A program made the translations under genes and the position numbers. Positions 19,794-29,312 of a DNA stretch of 64,000 nucleotides are shown here, piece by piece. Origin of the DNA: an uncultured Gammaproteobacteria bacterium (GTDB lineage Bacteria > Patescibacteriota > Patescibacteriia > Magasanikbacterales > JBBTQS01); contig CAZVGV010000002.1 in the NCBI GenBank assembly GCA_964627055.1, positions 19,802 through 83,801 of the forward strand, read 5' to 3'. The notes beneath the pieces are model-generated. The model ran no database searches. It was not told the DNA's origin and saw only the letters and a list, made by a program, of their open reading frames with translations. Each line of letters begins with the position of its first letter. The stretch's first letter is position 1.

Positions 19794-22652
19794 ATGCTGA
19801 TCCAACCGTACCGAGTACTTCTTATAGACTACAAAGCGACCGATGTAGCAGGAGAAATCCCATCACTATTTCACCGCGCTGGTTGTACTATTGATGTATT
19901 CTGTTCCAAGGAATCGTGGCTCTCGAAAAGCCGCTACATCTCCACATGGCACCGGGCCAGTACTTCTGATCCCGAAGCTTTTGTTGCCGAACTTGGTCGT
20001 CTAGCGCAGTCCGACGTTTATTCCTGGATTGTTCTGCTCGACGATGCATCTCTATGCATCGTTCAAGATTATGCAAGCGAAGAATTTGCTCGCAAGGTAC
20101 TACCCCTTACGAACATGGCGTACCGTACCATTGTTGGCTCCAAGTCAGCACTCTCTATTCTCTGCCAACAACTCAACATTCTCACCCCACCATTTGCCGT
20201 ACACAACAAACGCACAGCAATCGCTGATACAGCGCGCGACATATCCTACCCGCTCCTGCTCAAAATTGATCGCAGTGGTGGTGGCAAAGGATTATTCCTC
20301 TGTACCAACGCCGAGGAATTACAAAAAAACTACGAAAAAATCGCTCCACATCAACAACACAATCTTCTTGTTCAGCACTATATTGTAGGTGACAACATTT
20401 CAGTCGAGGCACTGTACCGCAATGGTGAGCTCATCACCTATGCACCAGCTCGCGTTACCCAAAACGTGCGGAATGAATTTGATATTTCCTGTGTACGCGA
20501 ATACGGACCAATAGACGGACTGACCCAGGTGTTACAACGCATTGGCTCTCTCTTGTCGTTCAATGGATTTTGCAGCTTTACCTTCATGCGCGAACACACC
20601 AGTGGTGCGTTATACATTGTCGAAGCTGATCTACGCACCCATGCATGGTTTGCGCTGTCTCGACTAGGCGGTATTGATTTTGCTCCTGCAATCCGCCAAT
20701 ACCTCGAAGGGAATATCCGATTCCTCCCACCGCCAAAAACCGTTACCGAGGTGCGTCACTTCGCACGCGACATCGTGCGTGCCTTTCGCACTGGCGACAA
20801 ACACACGATCTGGCACTGGGTATGGAACAAGAACGGTTGTTGGCGATCCATCCCAACGCACGACTTCCACCTCCTATTCGCCACACTGCGACAGATTGGA
20901 CGGACCATGTTCTATGACCACGCACCACGTATCCCCTATGCACGCAGCGCAGCGCGCATCTTCAAACATATCTTTGGTAAGGCAGCCCACGAATCTCCAG
21001 CAGTTTCCCAAGACCGAAGTATCATTCGAACCTATCTTCGCTATTTCTCACACGAGAAAAAACTCATCATCGCCAGTGCGCTTCTCTCGGTGGTACAAAT
21101 CGGTGTGCTCGTACCATTGCCCATTATTACAAAAAATGTCCTAGACACTGCACTCCCCCAAAAAGATGCTCCTGCATTGTTCTGGTCGCTTGCATTGGGT
21201 GTACTCCTTCTCGCATGCAGCACTGTCTTCATGCTCATCCATCGATATGCAACACTTGCCGCAAGCAAATCGATCATTGCTACAATACGTCGCCGCCTTA
21301 TTGAACGCGCCCTTTCCTTCCACTTTTCCTTCTACGCCACGGAAGACCTTGAACAAGTACATTCGCGTATCGTAGAAGACACCGAACGTCTCGACCGCGT
21401 AACCAATGCCTTTCTTGCACAGACTCTCCCCGCACTGTTGATCGCTACGAGTATTGCTGCGGTGCTGCTCTATCTCGATACCCTACTCTTTAGTATCATC
21501 ATGCTCTGCCTTCCCTTGGTGTACCTGGTTGGAAGAATGATGGGCAAACGTGTACGCAAAAATGTCCGACAATTCCATACCGACTTTACCTCGTTCAGCG
21601 CCGGTACATCATTTGTTTTAAAATTTAATGAGCTCATCACGCTTTCAGCAGCTACCACACAAGAGCAACAGCGACAAGAAGCACACATTACCGCACTCGA
21701 ACATTCTGGAAAGCACATGGCATGGACTGCAGCAGTGTACAGTGCCGTACAGAATAACGTAGTAGTATTCTGTGGATCCATCGTCTTTCTTGTTGGAGGA
21801 ATACAGTTACTCCAAGGCACAACAACTCTTGGTTCTGTGCTGTCGTTTTTCGCTGCGCTCAATATCATGATCACCCAAGTACGCACCGTGATCTCAAGCA
21901 TACCTATGCTCATAGAAGGCGCAGAGTCATGCCGGTTGCTCCTGCCACTTTTAGAACCCGAAACACCTTCAAAACCAACACCCACGCTCCATCAACATTT
22001 TGGTTTCCCTATTATCTTCGACAGGGTTTCGTTCTCCTACGGTACATCCTTTGCATTACACGATATTTCATTCTCGATTACCGAAAGATCCGTCACGGGT
22101 ATTTTCGGCGCCTCAGGCTCAGGAAAGACAACACTCATCAGACTACTCTTGGGCGTATACGCGCCCACACATGGCACCATTCTCGTGGCTGACAAACCAC
22201 TCGAGACCATTGACACAACTCACTATCGTCGGATGATCGGTACACTCCCTCAAGAACCACTTCTCTTCCCAGGTACGATCCGCGAAAATCTAGTGTACGG
22301 TCTCGAAGATATCACCGAAGACGTTCTTATTGCCACCTGTAACCTCTGCCACATCCACGAAACCATCATGCAACTTCCCCATGGGTACGACACGGTCATC
22401 GGTCATCGAGGTGCCACATTGTCAGGAGGGCAAAAGCAACGTATTGCCATCGCGCGTGCGCTGTTGCGACGTCCCAAGCTCCTTATCTTTGATGAGCCCG
22501 ATAACCACCTGGATGATCACCTCATCACAAAAATCATGAGCGCAACAAAACAACTGGGTTGCACTGCTATCCTCATTAGTCACAATCCGGCACTTCGCCG
22601 TTTGGCAGATACAACACTCACTGTTGCCGATGGTCACGTAACGAGCGACTGA
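19794..22652 (+). CDS. Fusion protein: N-terminal ATP-grasp ligase domain, 6-TM type-I ABC exporter domain and C-terminal ABC ATPase
   Basis: Residues 1-400 carry ATP-grasp motifs (LLLKIDRSGGGKGLFLC, VQHYIVGDNISVEALY, IVEADLRTHAW). The middle carries six transmembrane helices typical of ABC exporters. The C-terminus has Walker A GASGSGKTT, the signature LSGGQKQRIAIARALL, Walker B LLIFDEPDNHLD and an H-loop ILISHN. Confidence 0.7.
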   Translation: MLIQPYRVLLIDYKATDVAGEIPSLFHRAGCTIDVFCSKESWLSKSRYISTWHRASTSDPEAFVAELGRLAQSDVYSWIVLLDDASLCIVQDYASEEFARKVLPLTNMAYRTIVGSKSALSILCQQLNILTPPFAVHNKRTAIADTARDISYPLLLKIDRSGGGKGLFLCTNAEELQKNYEKIAPHQQHNLLVQHYIVGDNISVEALYRNGELITYAPARVTQNVRNEFDISCVREYGPIDGLTQVLQRIGSLLSFNGFCSFTFMREHTSGALYIVEADLRTHAWFALSRLGGIDFAPAIRQYLEGNIRFLPPPKTVTEVRHFARDIVRAFRTGDKHTIWHWVWNKNGCWRSIPTHDFHLLFATLRQIGRTMFYDHAPRIPYARSAARIFKHIFGKAAHESPAVSQDRSIIRTYLRYFSHEKKLIIASALLSVVQIGVLVPLPIITKNVLDTALPQKDAPALFWSLALGVLLLACSTVFMLIHRYATLAASKSIIATIRRRLIERALSFHFSFYATEDLEQVHSRIVEDTERLDRVTNAFLAQTLPALLIATSIAAVLLYLDTLLFSIIMLCLPLVYLVGRMMGKRVRKNVRQFHTDFTSFSAGTSFVLKFNELITLSAATTQEQQRQEAHITALEHSGKHMAWTAAVYSAVQNNVVVFCGSIVFLVGGIQLLQGTTTLGSVLSFFAALNIMITQVRTVISSIPMLIEGAESCRLLLPLLEPETPSKPTPTLHQHFGFPIIFDRVSFSYGTSFALHDISFSITERSVTGIFGASGSGKTTLIRLLLGVYAPTHGTILVADKPLETIDTTHYRRMIGTLPQEPLLFPGTIRENLVYGLEDITEDVLIATCNLCHIHETIMQLPHGYDTVIGHRGATLSGGQKQRIAIARALLRRPKLLIFDEPDNHLDDHLITKIMSATKQLGCTAILISHNPALRRLADTTLTVADGHVTSD

Positions 22653-22717
22653 TCCTCGTTAGTCTAGGACAAGAAAAGAAGAGTATACTCTATTCAACTC
22701 TCTATCACTTACACCCT

Positions 22718-23215
22718 ATGCGTACACCTATGGCTATTCTGTGCGGACTCACCGTACTTCTCGGATTCGGCTGTGTCCCGATGGCAGAGCCAACTTCGCT
22801 TCCCCAAGCACCCAATCCCACATACACACCGGAGAACGGCAAAAAAATTGCATGGTGCGATCAAACCCGAGAAGGTGCTCCGAGTTCCGAAAGCTTCCAA
22901 AACCGCGGGCTCTGGATTTACAAAGAAATGTTCAGTGGCATGACGCACGAACCTACGATCCATCATATCTGCTGGACAAATGTTGAGCGCTTCGCAGTAC
23001 ACATGGGTGACAAAAATGCCGATGGTACGCGCACCGGGTATTTCGTACTCCCAGGCGAACCGCAGGCCTTTGTTTTCGGCAATACCACATCTGGCCCTAC
23101 GGTTACACTACCCAATACCGGACGCCACGAAGAAAGTGATCCCATCGACGTCATTGTTGACGGACAACAGTTCACCTACGACCCAACCACACAGCAATTT
23201 TTCAAGACAAAATAA
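22718..23215 (+). CDS. Small secreted lipoprotein (hypothetical)
   Basis: A signal peptide with a LLGFGC lipobox leads a 165-aa protein with no recognisable domain. Confidence 0.45.
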   Translation: MRTPMAILCGLTVLLGFGCVPMAEPTSLPQAPNPTYTPENGKKIAWCDQTREGAPSSESFQNRGLWIYKEMFSGMTHEPTIHHICWTNVERFAVHMGDKNADGTRTGYFVLPGEPQAFVFGNTTSGPTVTLPNTGRHEESDPIDVIVDGQQFTYDPTTQQFFKTK

Positions 23216-23361
23216 TCCTATAAAAATCATCACAGGGAAGGCATGTAAATTTCGTACACTACATACGCGAAGAGTACCGAATGCCTGAAAAAAGAAGACC
23301 TACACAGAACGCCTCGCGCATTCGGTACAGGTCTCCTTAGATGTTGATTGGCCTCCTTAGC

Positions 23362-24093
23362 TCACGCGAATCGATCATGCAACACAGCGAACAACCGAGT
23401 GCTGATGGTTCGCAATGCCGTGCGCATATCTTGAGTGTCGACACGGTACCGGTCAGCGATCCAGACGGCATCCTGATCGAAGTCGACCGAAACACCATCA
23501 GTTCGCGTCTCCACACCGATCTGTGAGAGACCTGTGGTGAAGAGATCGCGAACGGGGGTCTTCTCGCCGTTCACGCACACGGCAGCCCTATCGAACCATG
23601 GCTGCCGCGTAGACGGCTGCGCTTCGAAGAGCTCAGTTGCACGCTCGACCAGGCACATCCGCGACACACCGGCCTGCACAAGCTCATCCCAGCAGGATTT
23701 GCAGCCCCACCAGTGTCCGTACAGGTACACCGTGGCACCGCTGACGTCGATGTGGTTCTCGCGCGCCTTCTTCAATGCAGATTGTTCTGCATGAGAACCA
23801 CTGCACAGATCACACAGATGGTAATCCACGCCACTGGGGCACCCGAGCACACGTCGAACACAGAAGAGTGGCTGTTCTGTCACCTCCTCGTTGTTCCCAC
23901 CGACTGAGAGTTCTTCGTCATCTCGAACGAGTACCGCACCCACACTCCAGTTACACCCTCGACCGAGCCCACTTCGAACCTCCCGAGCTCGCTGCATCCA
24001 TGGATCGTCCAGGTTGACGTACTCGTACACACCCCTTGCTGCGTCCGGTGTGAACGGAAGCGGCTTGGGCGACTGATACTCATTGTTCGTCAT
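23362..24093 (-). CDS. dCMP/cytidine deaminase-fold (CDA) protein with a roughly 95-aa C-terminal extension
   Basis: VGAVLVRDDEELSVGGNN, an insert with Cys/His residues (CPSGVDYHLCDLC), HAEQSAL and YGHWWGCKSCWDELVQAGVSR give the H(A)E...PCxxC zinc motif. The layout matches ComEB/dCMP deaminase. The local GC is higher than that of the flanking genes. Confidence 0.6.
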   Translation of the reverse strand: MTNNEYQSPKPLPFTPDAARGVYEYVNLDDPWMQRAREVRSGLGRGCNWSVGAVLVRDDEELSVGGNNEEVTEQPLFCVRRVLGCPSGVDYHLCDLCSGSHAEQSALKKARENHIDVSGATVYLYGHWWGCKSCWDELVQAGVSRMCLVERATELFEAQPSTRQPWFDRAAVCVNGEKTPVRDLFTTGLSQIGVETRTDGVSVDFDQDAVWIADRYRVDTQDMRTALRTISTRLFAVLHDRFA

Positions 24094-24158
24094 TCAGCGC
24101 TCCTCCTTGAAGCTGATAGAGCAACGCCATTCTGTCATGCGATGGGCAGAGAAGTCAA

Positions 24159-24761
24159 TCAACTACTCGAGAGATGCGTATCGTGTGATTTCTTGCAAAA
24201 ATGCTCAATGGCTACCGGCAAAATCCGCGTCGTATGCTCCGGAATTGTATGCTCCGGCAGCGCATCCACCGGGAACCACTTGCCTCGGTATTTCGATGTC
24301 TGTAGCGTCGTCGGATCTTCTGCAAGTTCTACTACATACACACGTGAATCAATCCACCCACGCGGTTCAGCCCAATATACATCTGCGACAAATGTCTTCG
24401 ACGCAATCAACACTTGAAATTCGCGTTCTTCAAGTCTCGCAAACACATCATCCGATGTCTCACCATTACGCAAAAGACTGCCCGGAGTGTGCCACAAACC
24501 CGCATATGATTCATCAGCTGCACGCTGTGTAAGGAATATCTCCGCCTCGCCCTGCGCATTCCATCGCAACGCAACTGCCTCCACCGCGATACTTGGCACA
24601 ATGCGCATCATGCGATCGAAAAAAGTCCGCTGATAGTAGCGTGTGGTATCTACACACAACAACAACCGCGCAATAACCCACTGAGAAATGTGATTCACCA
24701 TAGTGTTCCTATTGTACTGGCATGCTCCAAAAAGATGAAGACCTCGAACTGCGTGATGCAA
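24159..24761 (-). CDS. Nudix-fold hydrolase-like protein (paralog 1)
   Basis: HTPGSLLRNGETSDDVFARLEEREFQV approximates the Nudix box Gx5Ex7REuxEExGu. The protein is clearly paralogous to the next gene, and its GC is host-like. The start may be an internal Met near 24701. Confidence 0.45.
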   Translation of the reverse strand: MHHAVRGLHLFGACQYNRNTMVNHISQWVIARLLLCVDTTRYYQRTFFDRMMRIVPSIAVEAVALRWNAQGEAEIFLTQRAADESYAGLWHTPGSLLRNGETSDDVFARLEEREFQVLIASKTFVADVYWAEPRGWIDSRVYVVELAEDPTTLQTSKYRGKWFPVDALPEHTIPEHTTRILPVAIEHFCKKSHDTHLSSS

Positions 24762-24804
24762 TTCGAGGTCTTCGAGTTGGTTCCGGCATGCTCCCGGACG
24801 AGGA

Positions 24805-25479
24805 TCAGGGTGTCAGCTGAGAGTAGTCACCCACACAGCCACTGCGCCAGAGTCCCTCAGCCTTGTCCACGACCCCCTGCTTCATGCCGTGATGAATGCA
24901 GAGCTTCGATCGGTCCAGATCCCGCACGCGGTGCCAGTTGGTCCGATCCACAGGGAGCACACCGACATCACCCAGGTAGATGAGCCCCAGGCACGAGCCG
25001 CGTGTATCGTGGTTCATGTGGAGATCCACGAACACCAGACGCCCCGGCAGACGGAAGCCGAGCTCCTTCTCCCGCAGTCTGCGCGCGACGTCGATGATGT
25101 CCTCATTGGGACGAAGGATCGAACCCGGCACGTGGAGCAGGCCAGCGTAGTGCGGGTCGTTGTCCGGACGGCGCGTCATGTAGACCCACGCGTCGCCGCC
25201 TTCCGGGTCACGAGCGATGAGTACCATCTCCAACGCGACCGCCACCCGCGCCTTCAGGAGCGCTTCGAACAGCTCGTGCGGGATGACAGACCAGTTGTTG
25301 ACCCGAGCGAGCATCGCCGGAAGTACGGCGAACACATCCTCCTGCGACAGGTCCTCAGTGATCGCTCGAAGCAGCTTAGCTTTCCAGATCGTGGGCAGCC
25401 GCTTCAATGCAGATACCTGAAAAGTGATATACTCCTTCATCATCCCGGTGAGATCGGTCTCACTCATCACTTTCTCCAA
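24805..25479 (-). CDS. Nudix-fold hydrolase-like protein (paralog 2) with an N-terminal roughly 80-aa extension
   Basis: HVPGSILRPNEDIIDVARRLREKELGF aligns with paralog 1. The gene's GC is markedly higher, about 62%, than the window background. Confidence 0.45.
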   Translation of the reverse strand: MEKVMSETDLTGMMKEYITFQVSALKRLPTIWKAKLLRAITEDLSQEDVFAVLPAMLARVNNWSVIPHELFEALLKARVAVALEMVLIARDPEGGDAWVYMTRRPDNDPHYAGLLHVPGSILRPNEDIIDVARRLREKELGFRLPGRLVFVDLHMNHDTRGSCLGLIYLGDVGVLPVDRTNWHRVRDLDRSKLCIHHGMKQGVVDKAEGLWRSGCVGDYSQLTP

Positions 25480-25567
25480 TCGCTCGTACGAGCTCCGTCA
25501 GCACTACGAATTTGTGGTGCGACAACAAAACCTACCAAAGCAGGTAGGTTTTGTCAACACTCGGATG

Positions 25568-26557
25568 TTATTTCTTGCGCTTTGCTTGATCCTCCTGTCC
25601 ACCCGGCACTTCACCGCGCACGTGCTTGCCTTCGCAGATCTCACTACAGAATCCTCCTTTGCTTTCGAGACACGCATCACAACAGAGGAACCGGCGCTTC
25701 TCTCGACAATGGAGATACGCGCAATCAATGTACCGCTCAGTTGCGCTACCGCAACGTCCGCATATTCCAACCACAACATGCGCTGGATCCTGTACATTGA
25801 ATCCCATGACCATCCGGCTGTCAAAGACATACAACTGCCCGAGGAAATCTTCGTTTGGATATTTCTCCATGTACGTCACGATGCCGTTGTGTAGTTGGTA
25901 CACATCTGCAAAACCCTGCGTCACGAGGAATCCACTTGCCTTCTCACAGCGCACTCCTCCTGTACACACAGTCACAATGGTTTTGCCACGCAACGGTTCG
26001 AGATTGGGCATCAACTTCACGAGATCTCGCGATGTATTCATCGGAACCAAAAAGCTATTTCTGAAATGCCCAACGACCTGTTCGTAATCATTGCGCATGT
26101 CGACAATATAGAATTCCTTGTCTGAATGGATCCATGCGTGCAGTTCTTCTGCTGTTATATATTTGCCAGTGACTTCACGCGGATTCACATCGAGCTCACC
26201 TAGCCCCCAATGCACAATTTCATTACGGACCTTCACTGCTAATCGCGGAAATGCTGAACCTGTACCAACGCTCCGCTTGATATCCACATCCGCAAAATCT
26301 GGTTGTGCATGTAACCACGCAACGAATTCCTCGTTTGCTTCCGGAACACCTTCAAAGGTTCCATTGATCCCTTCATGTGCCACAAGCAACCGCCCTGTGA
26401 GTTGCAGGCGCTGAGCCACGTTTCGAGCCTCCGCCGCCCACGCATCCGGGTTCTCGATGGAGGTATATTTATAAAAAAGTGTAATCGTAGTTGCGCTCAT
26501 AGATGGCGCCATTCTAGGTTTTTTGTCCAGATTTGGCAAGGCCAACGAGGTAGCCAC
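25568..26557 (-). CDS. trhO: Rhodanese-domain tRNA U34 hydroxylase TrhO/YceA-like protein (UPF0176)
   Basis: ITLFYKY, LLVAHEGINGT and the rhodanese active-site loop CTGGVRCEKA are present, with a C-terminal Cys-rich tail. Confidence 0.75.
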   Translation of the reverse strand: MATSLALPNLDKKPRMAPSMSATTITLFYKYTSIENPDAWAAEARNVAQRLQLTGRLLVAHEGINGTFEGVPEANEEFVAWLHAQPDFADVDIKRSVGTGSAFPRLAVKVRNEIVHWGLGELDVNPREVTGKYITAEELHAWIHSDKEFYIVDMRNDYEQVVGHFRNSFLVPMNTSRDLVKLMPNLEPLRGKTIVTVCTGGVRCEKASGFLVTQGFADVYQLHNGIVTYMEKYPNEDFLGQLYVFDSRMVMGFNVQDPAHVVVGICGRCGSATERYIDCAYLHCREKRRFLCCDACLESKGGFCSEICEGKHVRGEVPGGQEDQAKRKK

Positions 26558-26560
26558 TCA

Positions 26561-27061
26561 TTACGCGATCGATCGTATCGTATACACAACATCACGATCT
26601 GCGAGCTTCACCGTCACGCTCTCACCCACACGATGTCCAATCAATGCCGAGCCGATCGGTGAAATGTGCGAGATCACGCCTGCTGATGGATCGCTCTCAG
26701 TGGAACCTAGAATATGAAAAGTCCGCTCACGACCTTGCGCTTCCACAGTCACCGCACATCCGACGGCAACCACATCGCTTTTGCCGCGTGGCGCAATAAT
26801 GACCGCGTGGCGCAACTGATTCTCAATCGTAAGAATGCGATTGTTGATCCCACGCAGTCGCCCCTTTGCCGCTTGATACTCTGCGTTTTCGGAAAAGTCT
26901 CCAAGCTCTGCGTATCGCGCAACATCAGCCGCTGCCTGACGACGCGTCACATTCTTCAGTCGATCGAGCGTCCGCTCCAATTCCTGATACTTCTCACGCG
27001 TCACAAACGCATCACCTTGGTGATGCGTCCACTTTCCTGGCTTTCTGTGCGGAATTTGCAT
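26561..27061 (-). CDS. greA: Transcription elongation factor GreA
   Basis: An N-terminal coiled-coil with the acidic tip DFSENAEY and the C-terminal FKBP-like domain motif ISxxSPIGxAL are present. Confidence 0.9.
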   Translation of the reverse strand: MQIPHRKPGKWTHHQGDAFVTREKYQELERTLDRLKNVTRRQAAADVARYAELGDFSENAEYQAAKGRLRGINNRILTIENQLRHAVIIAPRGKSDVVAVGCAVTVEAQGRERTFHILGSTESDPSAGVISHISPIGSALIGHRVGESVTVKLADRDVVYTIRSIA

Positions 27062-27070
27062 GACACCGTA

Positions 27071-27505
27071 TTAGCGAACCACTACGTACGCAATCACCGC
27101 CACTACACCCGTGAGTAATGCACCCCACATCATATCTACAACGGTAAGTGCAAGCGGCCAGTTGCGTAGCGTTGCTTGGTTTGTCAGGTCATACGTCGCA
27201 TACGCAATCAAACCAAGAAATGCACCGCGCAAAAATACTGTGCTCACTGCTGACGATGCGGCAAGTGCAGGTTGTACAACAAAATAACTTAATCCAACGA
27301 CGTACAATACGTAAAAGACAGCAGCAGGTGCGAGCGAGAACTTGGCCGCCATGTGTTCGCCAAGCCATGTCGCATACCAGTTCTTGGCCAGCACACCAAT
27401 CCAAAAAAGATCAATAACGAGCATTGCGACGAGTGCGACAAGACTTGAATACAACATAGAAGTGAGTATAACGCTAGTATAGAACGAATAGGACCAAAAA
27501 GCCAT
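27071..27505 (-). CDS. Polytopic membrane protein (DUF2177-like)
   Basis: About 145 aa with four hydrophobic helices. The start at MAFWSYSF is the likelier one. Confidence 0.45.
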   Translation of the reverse strand: MAFWSYSFYTSVILTSMLYSSLVALVAMLVIDLFWIGVLAKNWYATWLGEHMAAKFSLAPAAVFYVLYVVGLSYFVVQPALAASSAVSTVFLRGAFLGLIAYATYDLTNQATLRNWPLALTVVDMMWGALLTGVVAVIAYVVVR

Positions 27506-27544
27506 GGCCCGAACACGGTCCCCCATGGTACGATATAAGGAACT

Positions 27545-28399
27545 ATGTCATACCCAAAAACATTACACATACTCCTTCTCGGTATGGCAGCACTCTTTGC
27601 GCCAACCGACACAACCCGTGCAGCAACCGAAATCACACCTTCATCCACCGTCCGACTCGCCGTACCGCATATTTGGGAGATACCTGATGGAAAATGGGTA
27701 CCTCCTTGGAGCGGTGCTTGCGAGGAAGTGAGTGCTGTCATGGTTGAACGGTTTTATCTCCACGACAAGACACTCCAACTCACCCCAACACAAACCAAAA
27801 AAATTGTCGGTCCTCTGTTCCCCTGGGAGAACAAGACGTTTGGCAGCAACATTGATACAGATGCAACCCGCACAGCACGACTTATCAATGATTTTAGTTC
27901 TGCTGAAGCTACCATTGTCTGGGAACCAACGCTCGACGCGATCAAAGCTGAACTACGCGCTGGCCGACCAGTTATTTCCATGCACTATGGCTACGGAATG
28001 CAAAATCCTCGCCATAGATTCCGCCAAGGAAGCTCGTCCTATCATGTGGTAGTTCTCGCTGGATATGACGATACCAAAAAAGAATTCCTTGTTAATGACT
28101 CAGAGTTCAAAGATGGTAGGCATAATCGATACTCATACGATATCATTATGAACTCGCTTCATGATTTCGACCACAAAACAAAGAAAGCAAATGGGAAACC
28201 CGTGGCGCTCTTCACCTCACCCAAGCGTCTCATCAAGACGGCGGATGACCCAAAGGTCTACCTCGTACGCGGAAGCAAACGATATCACATTTCATCAATG
28301 GACGTGCTCAATGCACGCCGCATAGCGCTCACTAATCTCGAGATAGTCACCGCAACAGATCTCGCCACCTATACCGAAGGTGCGCCCATCAGCCAATAA
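27545..28399 (+). CDS. Secreted peptidase C39-like (papain-fold) domain protein with a C-terminal conserved module shared with the giant surface proteins
   Basis: It has a signal peptide, a Cys in SGACEEVSAVM and a His in HVVVLAGYDD, in the arrangement of Peptidase_C39_2-like proteins. The C-terminal 55 aa (DPKVYLVRGSKRYHIS..ATDLATYTEG) match the module found in 30777..33980 and 43758..47447. Confidence 0.45.
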   Translation: MSYPKTLHILLLGMAALFAPTDTTRAATEITPSSTVRLAVPHIWEIPDGKWVPPWSGACEEVSAVMVERFYLHDKTLQLTPTQTKKIVGPLFPWENKTFGSNIDTDATRTARLINDFSSAEATIVWEPTLDAIKAELRAGRPVISMHYGYGMQNPRHRFRQGSSSYHVVVLAGYDDTKKEFLVNDSEFKDGRHNRYSYDIIMNSLHDFDHKTKKANGKPVALFTSPKRLIKTADDPKVYLVRGSKRYHISSMDVLNARRIALTNLEIVTATDLATYTEGAPISQ

Positions 28400-28409
28400 T
28401 TACACGCAC

Positions 28410-29312
28410 ATGTCAGCACTTGCAATCTCTCACGTACACAAGACATTCACACAGGGCGCAACCACTATTACTGCTGTTGATAACGTAAGTGTAACCATCG
28501 AACCAGGTTCGATCCACGGGTTGCTTGGTCCAAATGGTGCCGGCAAATCAACACTCATTAGTATGATCAGTGGTATGGTACTTCCTGACACCGGAAGTCT
28601 TACACTCTTTGGTGAAGACGTGGTGGCACACCCTGAACGAACCAAAGGATTTCTTGGCATTGTCCCTCAAGAAATTGTAGTGGAGATGGCCTTTACCGTG
28701 AAGGAGGTGCTCTACTACTTCAGTGGCATGTACGGTGTTCCTGTGGCACAACGCGAGGCACGTATCATTGAGGTGCTTCGAGACCTCGATCTCGAAGGTA
28801 AGATGCACGAACGGGCGCGTAATCTCTCCGGCGGCATGAAACGACGCCTTATGATCGCAAAGGCAATTCTCCATCGTCCTCGTTTTCTCATTCTTGATGA
28901 GCCAACTGCAGGGGTCGACGTAACCTTACGACAAAAAATTTGGTCATTAGTTCGTCGTCTGAACAATGAAGGTACTACCATCCTCTTCACAACACATTAC
29001 CTCGAAGAGGCGGAGAACCTGTGTGAAGCAATCACACTCATCGACCACGGCCGAGTGATCAAAGATGGCAAATTAAAGGACATCCAGCAAGAGTTTTCGA
29101 AAAACGCAATTCACTTCGAGTTGTACAATACTACTGTACCCCACCTACCGGGCGTTATCCCTGTAGGAGCAGCGTTCGAATTCCCCATGAGTCACCTCGC
29201 GGCAGACACGACGCTCCTCACTTCGCACTACGGTGACAACATCAAATCATTACGATCCGAGGCGGCGTCACTCGAATCTATCTTTATTAAGCTCACGAAT
29301 ACCTCCGTATGA
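28410..29312 (+). CDS. ABC transporter ATP-binding protein (ABC-2 type)
   Basis: Walker A GPNGAGKST, signature LSGGMKRRL and Walker B LILDEPTAGVD are present. Confidence 0.85.
   Translation: MSALAISHVHKTFTQGATTITAVDNVSVTIEPGSIHGLLGPNGAGKSTLISMISGMVLPDTGSLTLFGEDVVAHPERTKGFLGIVPQEIVVEMAFTVKEVLYYFSGMYGVPVAQREARIIEVLRDLDLEGKMHERARNLSGGMKRRLMIAKAILHRPRFLILDEPTAGVDVTLRQKIWSLVRRLNNEGTTILFTTHYLEEAENLCEAITLIDHGRVIKDGKLKDIQQEFSKNAIHFELYNTTVPHLPGVIPVGAAFEFPMSHLAADTTLLTSHYGDNIKSLRSEAASLESIFIKLTNTSV

Noticed and set aside
23216-23361. A long-loop inverted repeat (ACCGAATGC...GCATTCGGT) between the converging lipoprotein and deaminase genes
   Set aside because: The stem is 9 bp with a roughly 33-nt loop and no flanking T-tract. 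This is weak evidence for a terminator, so it is not listed as a feature.
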